A stretch of 64,000 bases of DNA from Bacteroidales bacterium (GCA_965230395.1 CBDDKV010000002.1:1920947-1984946); one strand, 5' to 3'. Positions 40,231 to 48,873 are shown, numbered from the stretch's first letter. Made by a program: numbers and translations. Notes: generated by a model not told the origin, from the sequence alone.

Positions 40231-40371
40231 ATGGGGATTGATATTGGGACGTTTGGTATTTTAGGTATCATCATCATCATCGTATGGGCAAAAAATCAAG
40301 GTTTAATTAATAAACCATTAAAAAAACAGGGACAAATCAGCTTCAATGTATTAATTAACAGTTGGTTTTGA
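40231..40371 (+). CDS. cassette 2: possible 46-aa single-TM peptide
   Basis: The ATG at 40231 lies after the G|TT junction, whereas the track start at 40183 lies inside the attC-like site. The sequence is MGIDIGTFGILGIIIIIVWAK.... It is a small ORF with weak support. Confidence 0.3.
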   Translation: MGIDIGTFGILGIIIIIVWAKNQGLINKPLKKQGQISFNVLINSWF

Positions 40372-40426
40372 CCTGTTATGTTGTCAACAGGACGTACCTT
40401 TCCCATTATGCCTATGGAGGCATTTG

Positions 40427-40876
40427 TTACATAGGGATTGGTTGGCCTGTTTGTGTGGGTATAACATCAGGGCTTCCCCTGATAAGAGGTCTAAAAGAGG
40501 CAATACGCCGCATGGTGCCACATTTGCATTTAGGGCATTGATCGTGGGGGTGGCCAAAAAGCAAAACAAACAATTCCTGCCAGGGAATACCTTTTTTAGA
40601 TTCGGGCGCAACGGCACCCAAAGCTTCCCGGATGATAGCCAAACAGCTACCTTTCTTACAAGAACTGAAAATTCCATAGTGTCGGACCTTCATAAATCCG
40701 GGCGGAAGAATGTGCATTGACAGCCTTCGGAGGAATTCAAAGAAAGACAGGGACATTACGCCAATCCTGGAGTTTTTATAGTTGGGCCACGAAAAGTATA
40801 CGTTATCACCATCAATACCTTTAATGCGATGGTTACTAATAGCCACCCTGTGTGAGTACCTGGACAAATAATCCAA
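40427..40876 (-). pseudogene. IS91-family (Y2 HUH) transposase, C-terminal fragment only
   Basis: It reads YLSRYSHRVAISNHRIKGIDGDNVYFSW...FEFLRRLSMHILPPGFMKVRHYGIFSS and ends at its native stop. The N-terminal ~60 percent, including the HUH and zinc-binding parts, is absent. Confidence 0.75.
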
Positions 40877-41276
40877 ATATCCTGGAGTTTTCTAATAAGT
40901 ATTCATAAGTCCATAATCCATAAAACTTTTTGCCCGGAATTTTTGGCTGGATCAGCGATATTTTCATGGACGGTCAAGGCTAAATGTTTACACAATAAAA
41001 ATACTTGATTAAGATAATTGCACCCTTCGGTGGTTTAGCTTGCAAAAACATATAAGGCGTGCCCCATCCAACCGTATAAGTAATAACCCCTACTATATGT
41101 TTTATACAAAAAAAGCCGGAAAGCCAAATGGACCGTTCCTTTACAACCATTTTTATAACTTTATGCTAAAAATAGGGTGAAAAGCATACAACGTTATGTA
41201 AAATTCATTGCAAAACATTGTAATGCAACAAATTTTACACTTGTTATTGTACACATGCTAAAAAAATATACTGCAT

Positions 41277-42224
41277 ATGAAAAAACACATAATGATTTTT
41301 ATAATTGCTCTTTTTGCACTAAGCTGTTCATCAGATGGACAAAAGAGTAAAACTGACACTAAAGAGCAGATTAAGAAATACCAAGTGGATTCAAAACAAA
41401 ATAGGGAGACCATTTCTGATTCTGATGCGATTTCTCTAAAATGGAAACTTAAACCAGATGAGACAATTGGTTATAAGACCGCAATGGAGCAAGTTGAGAG
41501 TTCTGATTTTGAAATTGACTTCGGTGACGACAAAAATATGCCCAAAGAGGAGTTTAAAGATATATTCGATGGACTAAAAAAGGAATTCGAAAAAACTTCA
41601 TTTATTACGACAATGCAATGGAATGATAGAGGGAATATTGAGACAAAAATGTTTGCTGAAGGCTTCAATGACGAAGAAACCAAACCTATTGACCCTAAAA
41701 ATTTCAATCCTGCGAGCATGATGAAAGGAGTTATGCTAAGAGGAGAAATAAATGAAAGTGGACAAATTGAAAGTTTCTATTTAAAAAACGCACAGAAAAA
41801 TTTGATAGCTATGTATTTTGAGTTACCAAACAAGCCAGTAAAAATTGGTGATACATGGAATTTAAATGTAAGCTTTCTACAATATGACCAATCTTTTGTT
41901 TGCAAATCAGCTGACAGGACAAATGATGTTGAGTTGATAGATGTACTCAAGGACAAAAATGATACGATTGTAGTTTTTAAATATAATATCTATGAGTCAG
42001 CAAGTGGATACATGAAAAACCCTATGACTAATGAAAAGATTGAGAGTTCACTATCAATGAGCTTTAATGGTATTGCTGAATTTTCAGTAAGCAAAGGGCG
42101 TTGGATAAATTATAACGGAATTATAGAAACGATTCAGAAAGGAATGATGTCTGGGAGTAGCAAACAGAAACTTGCATTGATACCATTCGATAATCTGACA
42201 AAAGAAATGATAAACATTGAATAA
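41277..42224 (+). CDS. cassette 3: lipoprotein, unknown function
   Basis: It has a lipoprotein signal (MKKHIMIFIIALFALSC). The cassette start GTTATTGTACAC (41243-41254) is complementary to GTGTACAACAA (42231-42241) just after the stop. Confidence 0.75.
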   Translation: MKKHIMIFIIALFALSCSSDGQKSKTDTKEQIKKYQVDSKQNRETISDSDAISLKWKLKPDETIGYKTAMEQVESSDFEIDFGDDKNMPKEEFKDIFDGLKKEFEKTSFITTMQWNDRGNIETKMFAEGFNDEETKPIDPKNFNPASMMKGVMLRGEINESGQIESFYLKNAQKNLIAMYFELPNKPVKIGDTWNLNVSFLQYDQSFVCKSADRTNDVELIDVLKDKNDTIVVFKYNIYESASGYMKNPMTNEKIESSLSMSFNGIAEFSVSKGRWINYNGIIETIQKGMMSGSSKQKLALIPFDNLTKEMINIE

Positions 42225-42230
42225 CAGCCA

Positions 42231-42295
42231 GTGTACAACAAAGAACTAAGGTAAAAACCAAGTAAATTTCCCATAATTTTTCTTTTCGAACTACC
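42231..42295 (+). repeat. left part of attC-like site of cassette 3 (interrupted by IS110-family element)
   Basis: The first box is GTGTACAAC. The left arm CTAAGGTAAAAACCAAGTAAATTTC is the imperfect complement of the right arm GAAATCACTTATGTTTTCTTATA at 43686-43708. The right edge is approximate. Confidence 0.55.
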
Positions 42296-42330
42296 TGAGT
42301 TTTTGGGGAGGCAGATTCGAAAAGGAAAAA

Positions 42331-43299
42331 TTATTTTGTTGGTACTACTGACCTGAACTCTGGACTATACAGTACACCTGATTTGGCAATTGCCAAGGAC
42401 TGAGACAAGAGTTTATTGGGCACAGCAATCAGTGCAAGCTTTTTAGGCTTACCTTTATTCACCAGCCTTTCATACAGATCTCTAAATTGTTGATTGCTAT
42501 GGCAAGCAGTAAAGCTGCACATAAATAAGTGATTTCGAATTAAAGGATTACCTCTTTTTGATATTCTGGGTTTTCCCCTTACACTTGTTCCAGATGCCGT
42601 GATGACTGGTGAAAGGCCAAAGAAGGCCGATAGCTGTCCGGAGCTTTCAAATGATTGAAAACCATTGGTACAAACAATGAGCATAATCGCTGTCTTTTTA
42701 CCAATCCCTGGGATTGGTAAAAGATTGGTCAATAGCTCTTTTTCGTGCTCTTTTATTTGCTCTTCCAGCTCCTTTTCAAGTAACTTAATCTCGGAGTTGA
42801 TTTGACGAATTTGGCGTTTTAAAGATGTTATAATCCGTCCTTTGCCCCCTTTGTCAATAAAGCTATGTAGTTTGTTTTTAAGGGCGGTGTTTTGCTTAAA
42901 AAACAAACTTATTGTCGTATGTAAGTCTTTACAGTCATTAATATATTTAGGTAATGGTTTCCATCGGCTAATACTCTGCTCTTGGGCATATTTTACTATC
43001 ATTTTGGCGTCACTTTTATCCGTTTTATTATGCTGTAATTTCATTTGGATAAAGCGTTTAATTACCAATGGATTTATAACAGGGACATTAACCTGGTTCT
43101 CATGAAGGAATACAGCAAGCCGATGATAATAACTTCCGGAGTATTCCATAACACACCAGCTATTTGAATCAATTAGCAATAAGAACTCATAAAATCCATC
43201 TGAGGTATTCTTGAACTTTCTATGTCCCAGCTTAATACTCCAAACATCAAAAACCTTTTTTGAAATGTCAATACCAATAAAATGTGTATTTTTATTCAT
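42331..43299 (-). CDS. IS110-family (DEDD) transposase
   Basis: It reads MNKNTHFIGIDISKKVFDV...MEYSGSYYHRLA (RuvC-like DEDD N-domain) and has a C-terminal Transposase_20-type domain (IPGIGKKTAIMLI...SGTSVRGKPRISKRGNPLIRNHLFMC). The start is set at the ATG at 43299. Confidence 0.9.
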   Translation of the reverse strand: MNKNTHFIGIDISKKVFDVWSIKLGHRKFKNTSDGFYEFLLLIDSNSWCVMEYSGSYYHRLAVFLHENQVNVPVINPLVIKRFIQMKLQHNKTDKSDAKMIVKYAQEQSISRWKPLPKYINDCKDLHTTISLFFKQNTALKNKLHSFIDKGGKGRIITSLKRQIRQINSEIKLLEKELEEQIKEHEKELLTNLLPIPGIGKKTAIMLIVCTNGFQSFESSGQLSAFFGLSPVITASGTSVRGKPRISKRGNPLIRNHLFMCSFTACHSNQQFRDLYERLVNKGKPKKLALIAVPNKLLSQSLAIAKSGVLYSPEFRSVVPTK

Positions 43300-43341
43300 G
43301 ATAATTAATTTGTAAAGAACGATGCTACTTTGATATAGCAA

Positions 43342-43522
43342 CCTAAAAACAGGCTCTGCCCCCCAGAGAACTAATCGTATTTAAGTAGCGAAAGAGTGGT
43401 AATTTTCATTGTTGACTAGCTTTATGCTTTATGTATAAATTAATCTTGTCCCACTCTTCCGTTCTTTTAATTTTATTATGAAAATAAGAAATTGCAAACT
43501 TAGGATGTATAAAAAACATAAG
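43342..43522 (-). ncRNA. candidate IS110 bridge (guide) RNA region in the left end of IS #1
   Basis: This is the noncoding left end upstream of the transposase. It has the stem AGAGTGG / CCACTCT around a ~50-nt loop and the hairpin CTCTG-GGGGG-CAGAG. The relic copy at 63.6 kb changes TAA to TGG on one side and gains CCA on the other, lengthening the same stem. Assignment as a bridge RNA is by analogy only. Confidence 0.35.
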
Positions 43523-43639
43523 TGGATCAGTGGTTTACGGAAAGTTGGCACATTTACTCAGCTCCGCCAACCTTTAGCTCACGACCAAAGGGAGTAAATC
43601 TGCGATTTGACGGGTTGTTTTAAAAAAGTAAATTTGTGT

Positions 43640-43714
43640 CAAAACGCAAATTTGGCTCAGTGCAAATTGACAGGTATGAGCTTCGAAATCACTTATGTTT
43701 TCTTATATTCAACA
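43640..43714 (+). repeat. right part of long-type attC-like site (S4)
   Basis: TTGACAGGTATGAGCTTCGAAATCACTTATGTTTTCTTATATTCAAC follows the family consensus TTGATAGGT..GAGCTTCGAAAT + ~24 nt. About 115 nt between the IS end and this arm are unresolved. Confidence 0.55.
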
Positions 43715-43773
43715 TTTTACGCCATATAAACGGCCATGGTGCAATAAAATAAACTGATTTAGAGGAAAAATTA

Positions 43774-44352
43774 ATGAAAATATACCGCTTCATATTTATT
43801 ATCACGTTTCTAGTTCTTTCTATTTCTTGCGACTTTGCGAAACGGAAGGTAAAAGGAGGAATTAATAAGATTGCCCAAGAAGCAGGTGAATTTGTTGATG
43901 AATTTTTGACACTGCCTGACAGGACTGTGAAACGAGATGTTTTAGACAATGAATTATACGGGGAATGGATTTTAACAGGACAATCTTTGAAGTATCTAAA
44001 TAAACAACAAACTGATTATCCAGACTGGGAAAGCATAACTTACCCTTCGCTGAGATTTGAATTAAAGGAGAATAAAACTGTTGATGCTTGGATTTATAAA
44101 AAGTATCTGCCTATTTCATTTTTTAAATATCATGTAACAGTAAATGACTCTGCAGTAATATCAGGCAAATGGACAATAGGAAAAGATTCATACAATGTTG
44201 ATACAGCTTCGACTTATAAGAACAAACTCTTTTTGGATTTTAATATAAATGCAATTGTCAGCCTTGATATTGCCGAACAAGACGGGAAAATAATATTATG
44301 GTCATATATTGGTGACCCTGACGATTTGTACTATCAAGAGTACAAAAGATAG
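43774..44352 (+). CDS. cassette 4, gene 1: lipoprotein, unknown function
   Basis: It has a lipoprotein signal (MKIYRFIFIITFLVLSISC) and is 192 aa. Confidence 0.7.
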   Translation: MKIYRFIFIITFLVLSISCDFAKRKVKGGINKIAQEAGEFVDEFLTLPDRTVKRDVLDNELYGEWILTGQSLKYLNKQQTDYPDWESITYPSLRFELKENKTVDAWIYKKYLPISFFKYHVTVNDSAVISGKWTIGKDSYNVDTASTYKNKLFLDFNINAIVSLDIAEQDGKIILWSYIGDPDDLYYQEYKR

Positions 44353-44376
44353 ACAAATATCTTAGGAGATAAGACC

Positions 44377-44667
44377 ATGAATAATATTGAATACGGATTT
44401 AAAGTTAAACTTGTTTTTGAGAATGGCCTATCTGAGCAAGATTACGATTCTATAACTGATGAGTTCATAATGGATGCTATTGAAAAAAATGACCTTTTGT
44501 TTGGAGGCGGAGGTGATTTGAACGAGTATGAAGGTTTTGTTACATCGGCTGACAATAATAAAAGGTTAGATAATCATGATATTGAAAAGGTTAGAAAATG
44601 GATTGAGACTAAAAAGAAAGTAATAAAGAACTTTGAGTTAAGTGATAGAATTGATGCAAATAAATAA
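44377..44667 (+). CDS. cassette 4, gene 2: YggL/DUF469-like protein
   Basis: The pattern GFKVKLVFENGLSEQDYDSITDEFIMDAIEKNDLLFGGGGDLNEYEGFV...VRKWIE matches my recollection of the YggL family (GF.V...F..G.SE...D.FI...IE.N.L.F.G.G...EG). Confidence 0.6.
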   Translation: MNNIEYGFKVKLVFENGLSEQDYDSITDEFIMDAIEKNDLLFGGGGDLNEYEGFVTSADNNKRLDNHDIEKVRKWIETKKKVIKNFELSDRIDANK

Positions 44668-44670
44668 TAC

Positions 44671-44803
44671 GGCGTACACGCGGTCATAAAACATTACGCG
44701 GATAGTGCTAATTTTAAACTAAATAACAATTATTAAACAGTCGAGTAGCTTGATAGGTAAGAGCTTCGAAATGTGCAATCTTTCTTATTGCCATACGTTA
44801 GGG
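44671..44803 (+). repeat. attC-like site, long type (S1)
   Basis: The first box GGCGTACAC is complementary to the cassette-4 start ATTTTACGCC (43714-43723). The left arm is GCGGTCATAAAACATTACGCGGATAGTGC. The right arm is TTGATAGGTAAGAGCTTCGAAATGTGCAATCTTTCTTATTGCCATAC. The junction G|TTAGG is at 44797. Confidence 0.75.
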
Positions 44804-46533
44804 CACATCCCCCACATCAGGAGCACTTCCAAAATAGATAGAAAATAAAGGTATCTATTTCTCCAGAGCTGATTAAATCCTTAAGCTAACGGGATCGTAC
44901 CTACGATTAAAAGTTCTGCTAAATTTGGGCTGACTCTATGCAAGGCCGATTCTAAAATGGTACTATGCCTTTGGTAAAGTCCGAGCGTCATTCTTGTTGA
45001 AATGTAAAAGCCCCAGAAGTAGTGATTCCGAGGCTTGTTGATAATTCCAGTGGTGGTGTCAAAATTTTGGCAACCCCGTTCATGATAATTCTCAATTCAA
45101 AGATACATTTCCTTAGGGTCATTTTGTAGAACTTTTAAAACAAAAAAATGGCAAAGAAGAAAAAGATGGAAATGGAAGTAATAAACACCAATGCAGCAGG
45201 TATTGATGTTGGAAGCCGTTCGCATTATGTAGCAGTGGGACAATCATTGGAAGATGTGAAAGAATTTGGAGTTTATGCTGAAGGTTTAGTTGAGTTATGT
45301 AAGTGGTTGCTTTCATATGGCATTACATCGGTAGCAATGGAATCTACAGGAGATTATTGGCAAAATCTATATACAGAACTTTTAAAGCATGGTTTGGAGG
45401 TGGCCTTGTGCAATGGCAAGTTCACCAAGCATGCCAAAGGGAAAAAGACAGATGTTAAGGATTGTAGGCATATTCAAAAGCTCCATGCTTTAGGCCTTTT
45501 GGATAGTAGCTTTCTGCCTGATGAGACAACAGAGAAATTGCGGACATATTGCCGTCAAAGAAGTGGCATGATAGACCGTTCAGCCACAGCTTCACGTAAA
45601 ATGCAGAAATACTTGAAATTACTGAATTTTAGATTAGATGTAGTAGTGAAAGATGTATGTGGGCTTACAGGGTTGAAAATAATTGAAGATATATGCAAAG
45701 GTAATTTAGACCCGTATTCATTGGCGGAACATAGGCATTATAATTGCCGCAAGCCTAAAGAAGAAATAGCAAAAGCATTACATGGTAATAATAGGGAAGA
45801 TTTCTTATTTGGATTAAAGCAAGAGTATGAGGCATACCAGTTTTATCAAAAGAAGATAAAATCTTGTGACAAAATGATAGAGCAATTTGTTAAATCGGAG
45901 CTAAAGAAATCGCCAGGGAAACTTAAGCTTAAAACAACAGATAAGCCATATAAAAGAATCAATAAAAATGCCCCGGAAATAAAAAACTTTAACCAGATCG
46001 CATTTCAATATTTCGGGGGTATCGATTTAATGGCAATTGAAGGGGTAAGCCATGGAACAGTTCTGGCAATAATGAGCGAGATAGGACAAAATAGTTTTGA
46101 TAAATTCCCCTCATCAAAAGAATTTGTATCGTGGTTGCGTTTAGCTCCCAACAATAAAATATCGGGTGGAAAAGTATTGAGTAATAGGATACCAAAGGGC
46201 AGTAATAGGTTGAAAATTGCATTAAGGCAAGCAGCAAATGCTATTGGTAATTTGAAAGACACACATTTATCAGATTTTTTTAAACGGGTTGCATTTCGGA
46301 AAGGAAGACAAGCAGCAGTAAGTGCAACTGCACGAAAATTAGGTGTTATAATTTGGACAATGGTAACCAAAAAAGTACCTTACAATCCACCAGCAGAATA
46401 CCTGTTCCTTGACCAAAAAAGGAAGATGGGAATGGCAAAAAGAATAAAGAAACAAATGGCTAAATTTGACATAAAACCAGAAGAAATTGGAATTGGCAAC
46501 TCACTGACACCCAACTACAATTTTTGACGTTAG
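44802..46533 (+). mobile_element. IS110-family insertion sequence #2 inserted at the G|TT core of site S1
   Basis: ACGTTAG occurs at both ends (44795-44801 and 46527-46533). About 345 nt of structured noncoding left end precede the transposase gene, whose stop codon abuts the right-hand ACGTTAG. Confidence 0.8.
45148..46527 (+). CDS. IS110-family (DEDD) transposase
   Basis: It reads AAGIDVGSRSHYVAV...MESTGDYWQNLY (DEDD N-domain) and has the C-terminal IEGVSHGTVLAIMSEIG...SGGKVLSNRIPKGSNRLKIALRQAA. It is only distantly related to the transposase of IS #1. Confidence 0.9.
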   Translation: MAKKKKMEMEVINTNAAGIDVGSRSHYVAVGQSLEDVKEFGVYAEGLVELCKWLLSYGITSVAMESTGDYWQNLYTELLKHGLEVALCNGKFTKHAKGKKTDVKDCRHIQKLHALGLLDSSFLPDETTEKLRTYCRQRSGMIDRSATASRKMQKYLKLLNFRLDVVVKDVCGLTGLKIIEDICKGNLDPYSLAEHRHYNCRKPKEEIAKALHGNNREDFLFGLKQEYEAYQFYQKKIKSCDKMIEQFVKSELKKSPGKLKLKTTDKPYKRINKNAPEIKNFNQIAFQYFGGIDLMAIEGVSHGTVLAIMSEIGQNSFDKFPSSKEFVSWLRLAPNNKISGGKVLSNRIPKGSNRLKIALRQAANAIGNLKDTHLSDFFKRVAFRKGRQAAVSATARKLGVIIWTMVTKKVPYNPPAEYLFLDQKRKMGMAKRIKKQMAKFDIKPEEIGIGNSLTPNYNF

Positions 46534-46554
46534 TCATGATAAAAACATCGTACT

Positions 46555-46929
46555 ATGACTACAGGGAAAAAATGGATGCTTGTATATTCAATCATTTTTT
46601 TATTACTATCGATATTATTTGTTGCGAATGATATATCAAATGAATATAACTTGGTATATATAATATGGATGTCAATTAATTATATTTTGATTAATACAGG
46701 TAATATTTTATTTACAATCGACAGAAAAATTAAAGGAGTTCAGAAAGTGTGGAAAGTTCTATTTCCGATTTTTTTAGTTAATCTAATTATATCACTAATA
46801 ATAGACCAAAAGTATGGTGCAAATTCATCACCTGATGATAGTTTAATTCTTAATATTTCTACTTTAATAATTGTTATTGCTCTTTTTTTTCCAGCATTTA
46901 GAGCAAATTTTAAATGGGCATATAAATAG
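46555..46929 (+). CDS. small multi-TM membrane protein, unknown function
   Basis: 124 aa with four hydrophobic segments. It is the first ORF after the junction G|TTAGTCATG at 46529. Confidence 0.6.
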   Translation: MTTGKKWMLVYSIIFLLLSILFVANDISNEYNLVYIIWMSINYILINTGNILFTIDRKIKGVQKVWKVLFPIFLVNLIISLIIDQKYGANSSPDDSLILNISTLIIVIALFFPAFRANFKWAYK

Positions 46930-46944
46930 GACAATTGAGTAAAT

Positions 46945-47703
46945 ATGACTAAAGATCAAATTGAAATAGGTAATAAAATTTTAAAATTATTTTCTGAGCA
47001 TAATGGTCAGATGTCTGACAATATCTTTTTTAATCAAATACAAAAGGAAGGATGTATATTAAGCGAAGGTAGAATAGTATTAACCATTTTGATTGATGAT
47101 TATAGTCTAATTCGACGAAATAGAATGAAGGCATTACACATAATATTCGGATTGATAATTTTTCAAGCATTTATTGGTTGTAAACAAAACCAGTTTGAGA
47201 ATATGGATAAACTTGTGTTGTTAAACTCATACAGGCGTGATAGTGTCTGGAAAACTGATTCATTGTTTTTAAATAAATCGATTAGTAATGACACATTAGG
47301 GTTTATCTATAAACAAAAAACAGATACATTTGGGTATTCATTTTTTAAATCGACATACAATGATTCTTTAATTTATATATATGGTTTAAATTGTCCGCTA
47401 GTAGCAACAAAGACTTTCAAAATAGACAATAATGACTTTAAAATTCTTAAATACTACTATGATGAAGAAAACTCAGTTGATGAAGAATCAAGCTTTTTTT
47501 ATCATGAGAATTATGGACTTTTAGTCTGTTTCAATGACGGTTGGCTGGATTTAATATTTTCGATTGAATATGATAATACTTCAAAAATTTTAATTGATAG
47601 TATAATAAATGACAGATCAGGATTCTACCTTCAAAATAGTCCACCACCACCTCCACTATTAGACTCATTAATAATTAAAATTGGAGAGTATGGGGATTTT
47701 TAG
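46945..47703 (+). CDS. hypothetical protein (possibly a lipoprotein starting at 47125)
   Basis: The internal ATG at 47125 gives MKALHIIFGLIIFQAFIGC, a lipobox signal. The upstream 60 codons may or may not be translated. Confidence 0.55.
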   Translation: MTKDQIEIGNKILKLFSEHNGQMSDNIFFNQIQKEGCILSEGRIVLTILIDDYSLIRRNRMKALHIIFGLIIFQAFIGCKQNQFENMDKLVLLNSYRRDSVWKTDSLFLNKSISNDTLGFIYKQKTDTFGYSFFKSTYNDSLIYIYGLNCPLVATKTFKIDNNDFKILKYYYDEENSVDEESSFFYHENYGLLVCFNDGWLDLIFSIEYDNTSKILIDSIINDRSGFYLQNSPPPPPLLDSLIIKIGEYGDF

Positions 47704-48226
47704 AAAATGTCAGATTCTTATATTGCTTTTTGTTTCTCTTCATTGTTTCGGACAAATTGAAAGGGAAAACATTTCTATTGATAGTACTGCTCAGTTTGTA
47801 ACTATTATTGGAAATGATTTCAAAGGAGCAATTATTTCAAAAGAAATTGAACCAGGTTTTAACAAAAAGAAATTGGCGAAAAGGTTTAATCCAACAATTG
47901 ACGAAATCATTAAAGCAGAAAATGGATTAACGGAAAACTATAATTCTGCAATGAAGAAGGATTCAAGAGTTAATGGTTTTAAAAAAATAAAAAATATACG
48001 TTCAAACTTCAAAGATTATACAAGACAATATCTCGGATACTTCAACGAAAAAGGAGATAGAATAATAAGGATTCATTTAGCGAGTGTTGAGAAATTAAAA
48101 AAGGAATATGGTAAAAACGAATTTGATTGGAAATCAAGTATCGTAACCGGGTGCGGTGATGTATTTTATGAGAACATGATAACATTGGTTTATAATCTTG
48201 ATAATGAAAAATTAGGATTATGGTAA
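47681..48226 (+). CDS. secreted hypothetical protein
   Basis: It has a signal peptide (MGIFRKCQILILLFVSLHCFGQ). It overlaps the preceding ORF by 23 nt, which suggests co-translation. Confidence 0.6.
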   Translation: MESMGIFRKCQILILLFVSLHCFGQIERENISIDSTAQFVTIIGNDFKGAIISKEIEPGFNKKKLAKRFNPTIDEIIKAENGLTENYNSAMKKDSRVNGFKKIKNIRSNFKDYTRQYLGYFNEKGDRIIRIHLASVEKLKKEYGKNEFDWKSSIVTGCGDVFYENMITLVYNLDNEKLGLW

Positions 48227-48288
48227 AATTGCGTAATATCCAGATAAACAATAAACTACTGGTGTCAATCGAATAGGTTGCTGACACC

Positions 48289-48752
48289 CCCCGCTCGTGA
48301 GGGCTTGTAGCCTTCACGAATAACGAAACAACAAAGAGCCATACTAATAAAGTGAGGCATTTTGGTTTAATAAGGCAACAAACTGGCATATTGTATCTGC
48401 TATTGTTTTGCAAAAACAACAAAATGTGAGGAAAATATTGATTTTATAGTTATAAACATGAGTGGTGCAACCACTCATGAGCGAAGTAACTAAAAGTAGG
48501 AAATTTCTAGTTTTGAAATGTTTTTTATTTAGAATAAGCCTGTCCAGCTTTATAGTCCCCGCTCGTGAGGGCTTGTAGTTTTCACGAATAACGAAACAAC
48601 AAAGAGCCATACCTATAAAATGTGGCTTTGGTTTAATAAGGTAACAAACCGGCAGATTGTATCTGCTATTGTTTTTCAAAAACAACAAAATGCGAGGAAA
48701 ATATTAATTTTATAGTTATAAACATGAGTGGTGCAACCACTCATGAGCGAAG
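48289..48752 (+). repeat. two tandem ~198-bp noncoding units, period 268 bp
   Basis: Units 48289-48486 and 48557-48752 are near-identical. Each starts CGCTCGTGAG and ends CTCATGAGCG (inverted termini). Each contains the hairpins CGTGAGGGC/GCCTTCACG, TTGTTTT..AAAACAA and CATGAGTGG-TGCAA-CCACTCATG. Confidence 0.8.
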
Positions 48753-48873
48753 GGGCTTTGTTTTGAATAATTAGATGTTTTGTACGTAATTTCTTATTTT
48801 TAAACGACTTATTTGGTCTAAGTAAATTTATTTAGGACAGTATTGTTTTAAAACAATTACTAATTTTGATAAG

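Larger units (their letters stand above)
42296..43522 (-). mobile_element. IS110-family insertion sequence #1 (left boundary approximate)
   Basis: It contains a DEDD-type transposase gene and ~220 nt of upstream noncoding sequence. The right boundary is set by the end of homology with the relic at 63546-63714 (...AAAAAACATAAG). It sits inside an attC-like site. Confidence 0.75.

Noticed and set aside
40384-40720. ORFs 40384-40677 (-) and 40424-40720 (+) around the IS91 fragment.
   Set aside because: They are alternative frames of the IS91 transposase remnant. Only the 40427-40876 minus frame shows the Y2-transposase motifs.
43523-43639. About 115 nt between the end of IS110 #1 and the right arm of site S4. 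It includes three direct copies of GTAAAT(C/T)T (also at 42262) and a second left-arm-like stretch, GTTGTTTTAAAAAAGTAAATTTGTG.
   Set aside because: I could not decide whether this is the remainder of the interrupted site, a second degenerate site (an ORF-less cassette) or part of the IS end. It is left unannotated rather than forced into a model.
48042-48688. Minus-strand ORFs 48042-48422 and 48344-48688 with near-identical N-termini (MLFLQNNSRYN / MLFLKNNSRYN).
   Set aside because: They are translations of the two tandem noncoding repeat units, and their similarity simply mirrors the DNA repeat. They run against the strict plus-strand polarity of the array and are Cys/Leu-rich low-complexity sequence.
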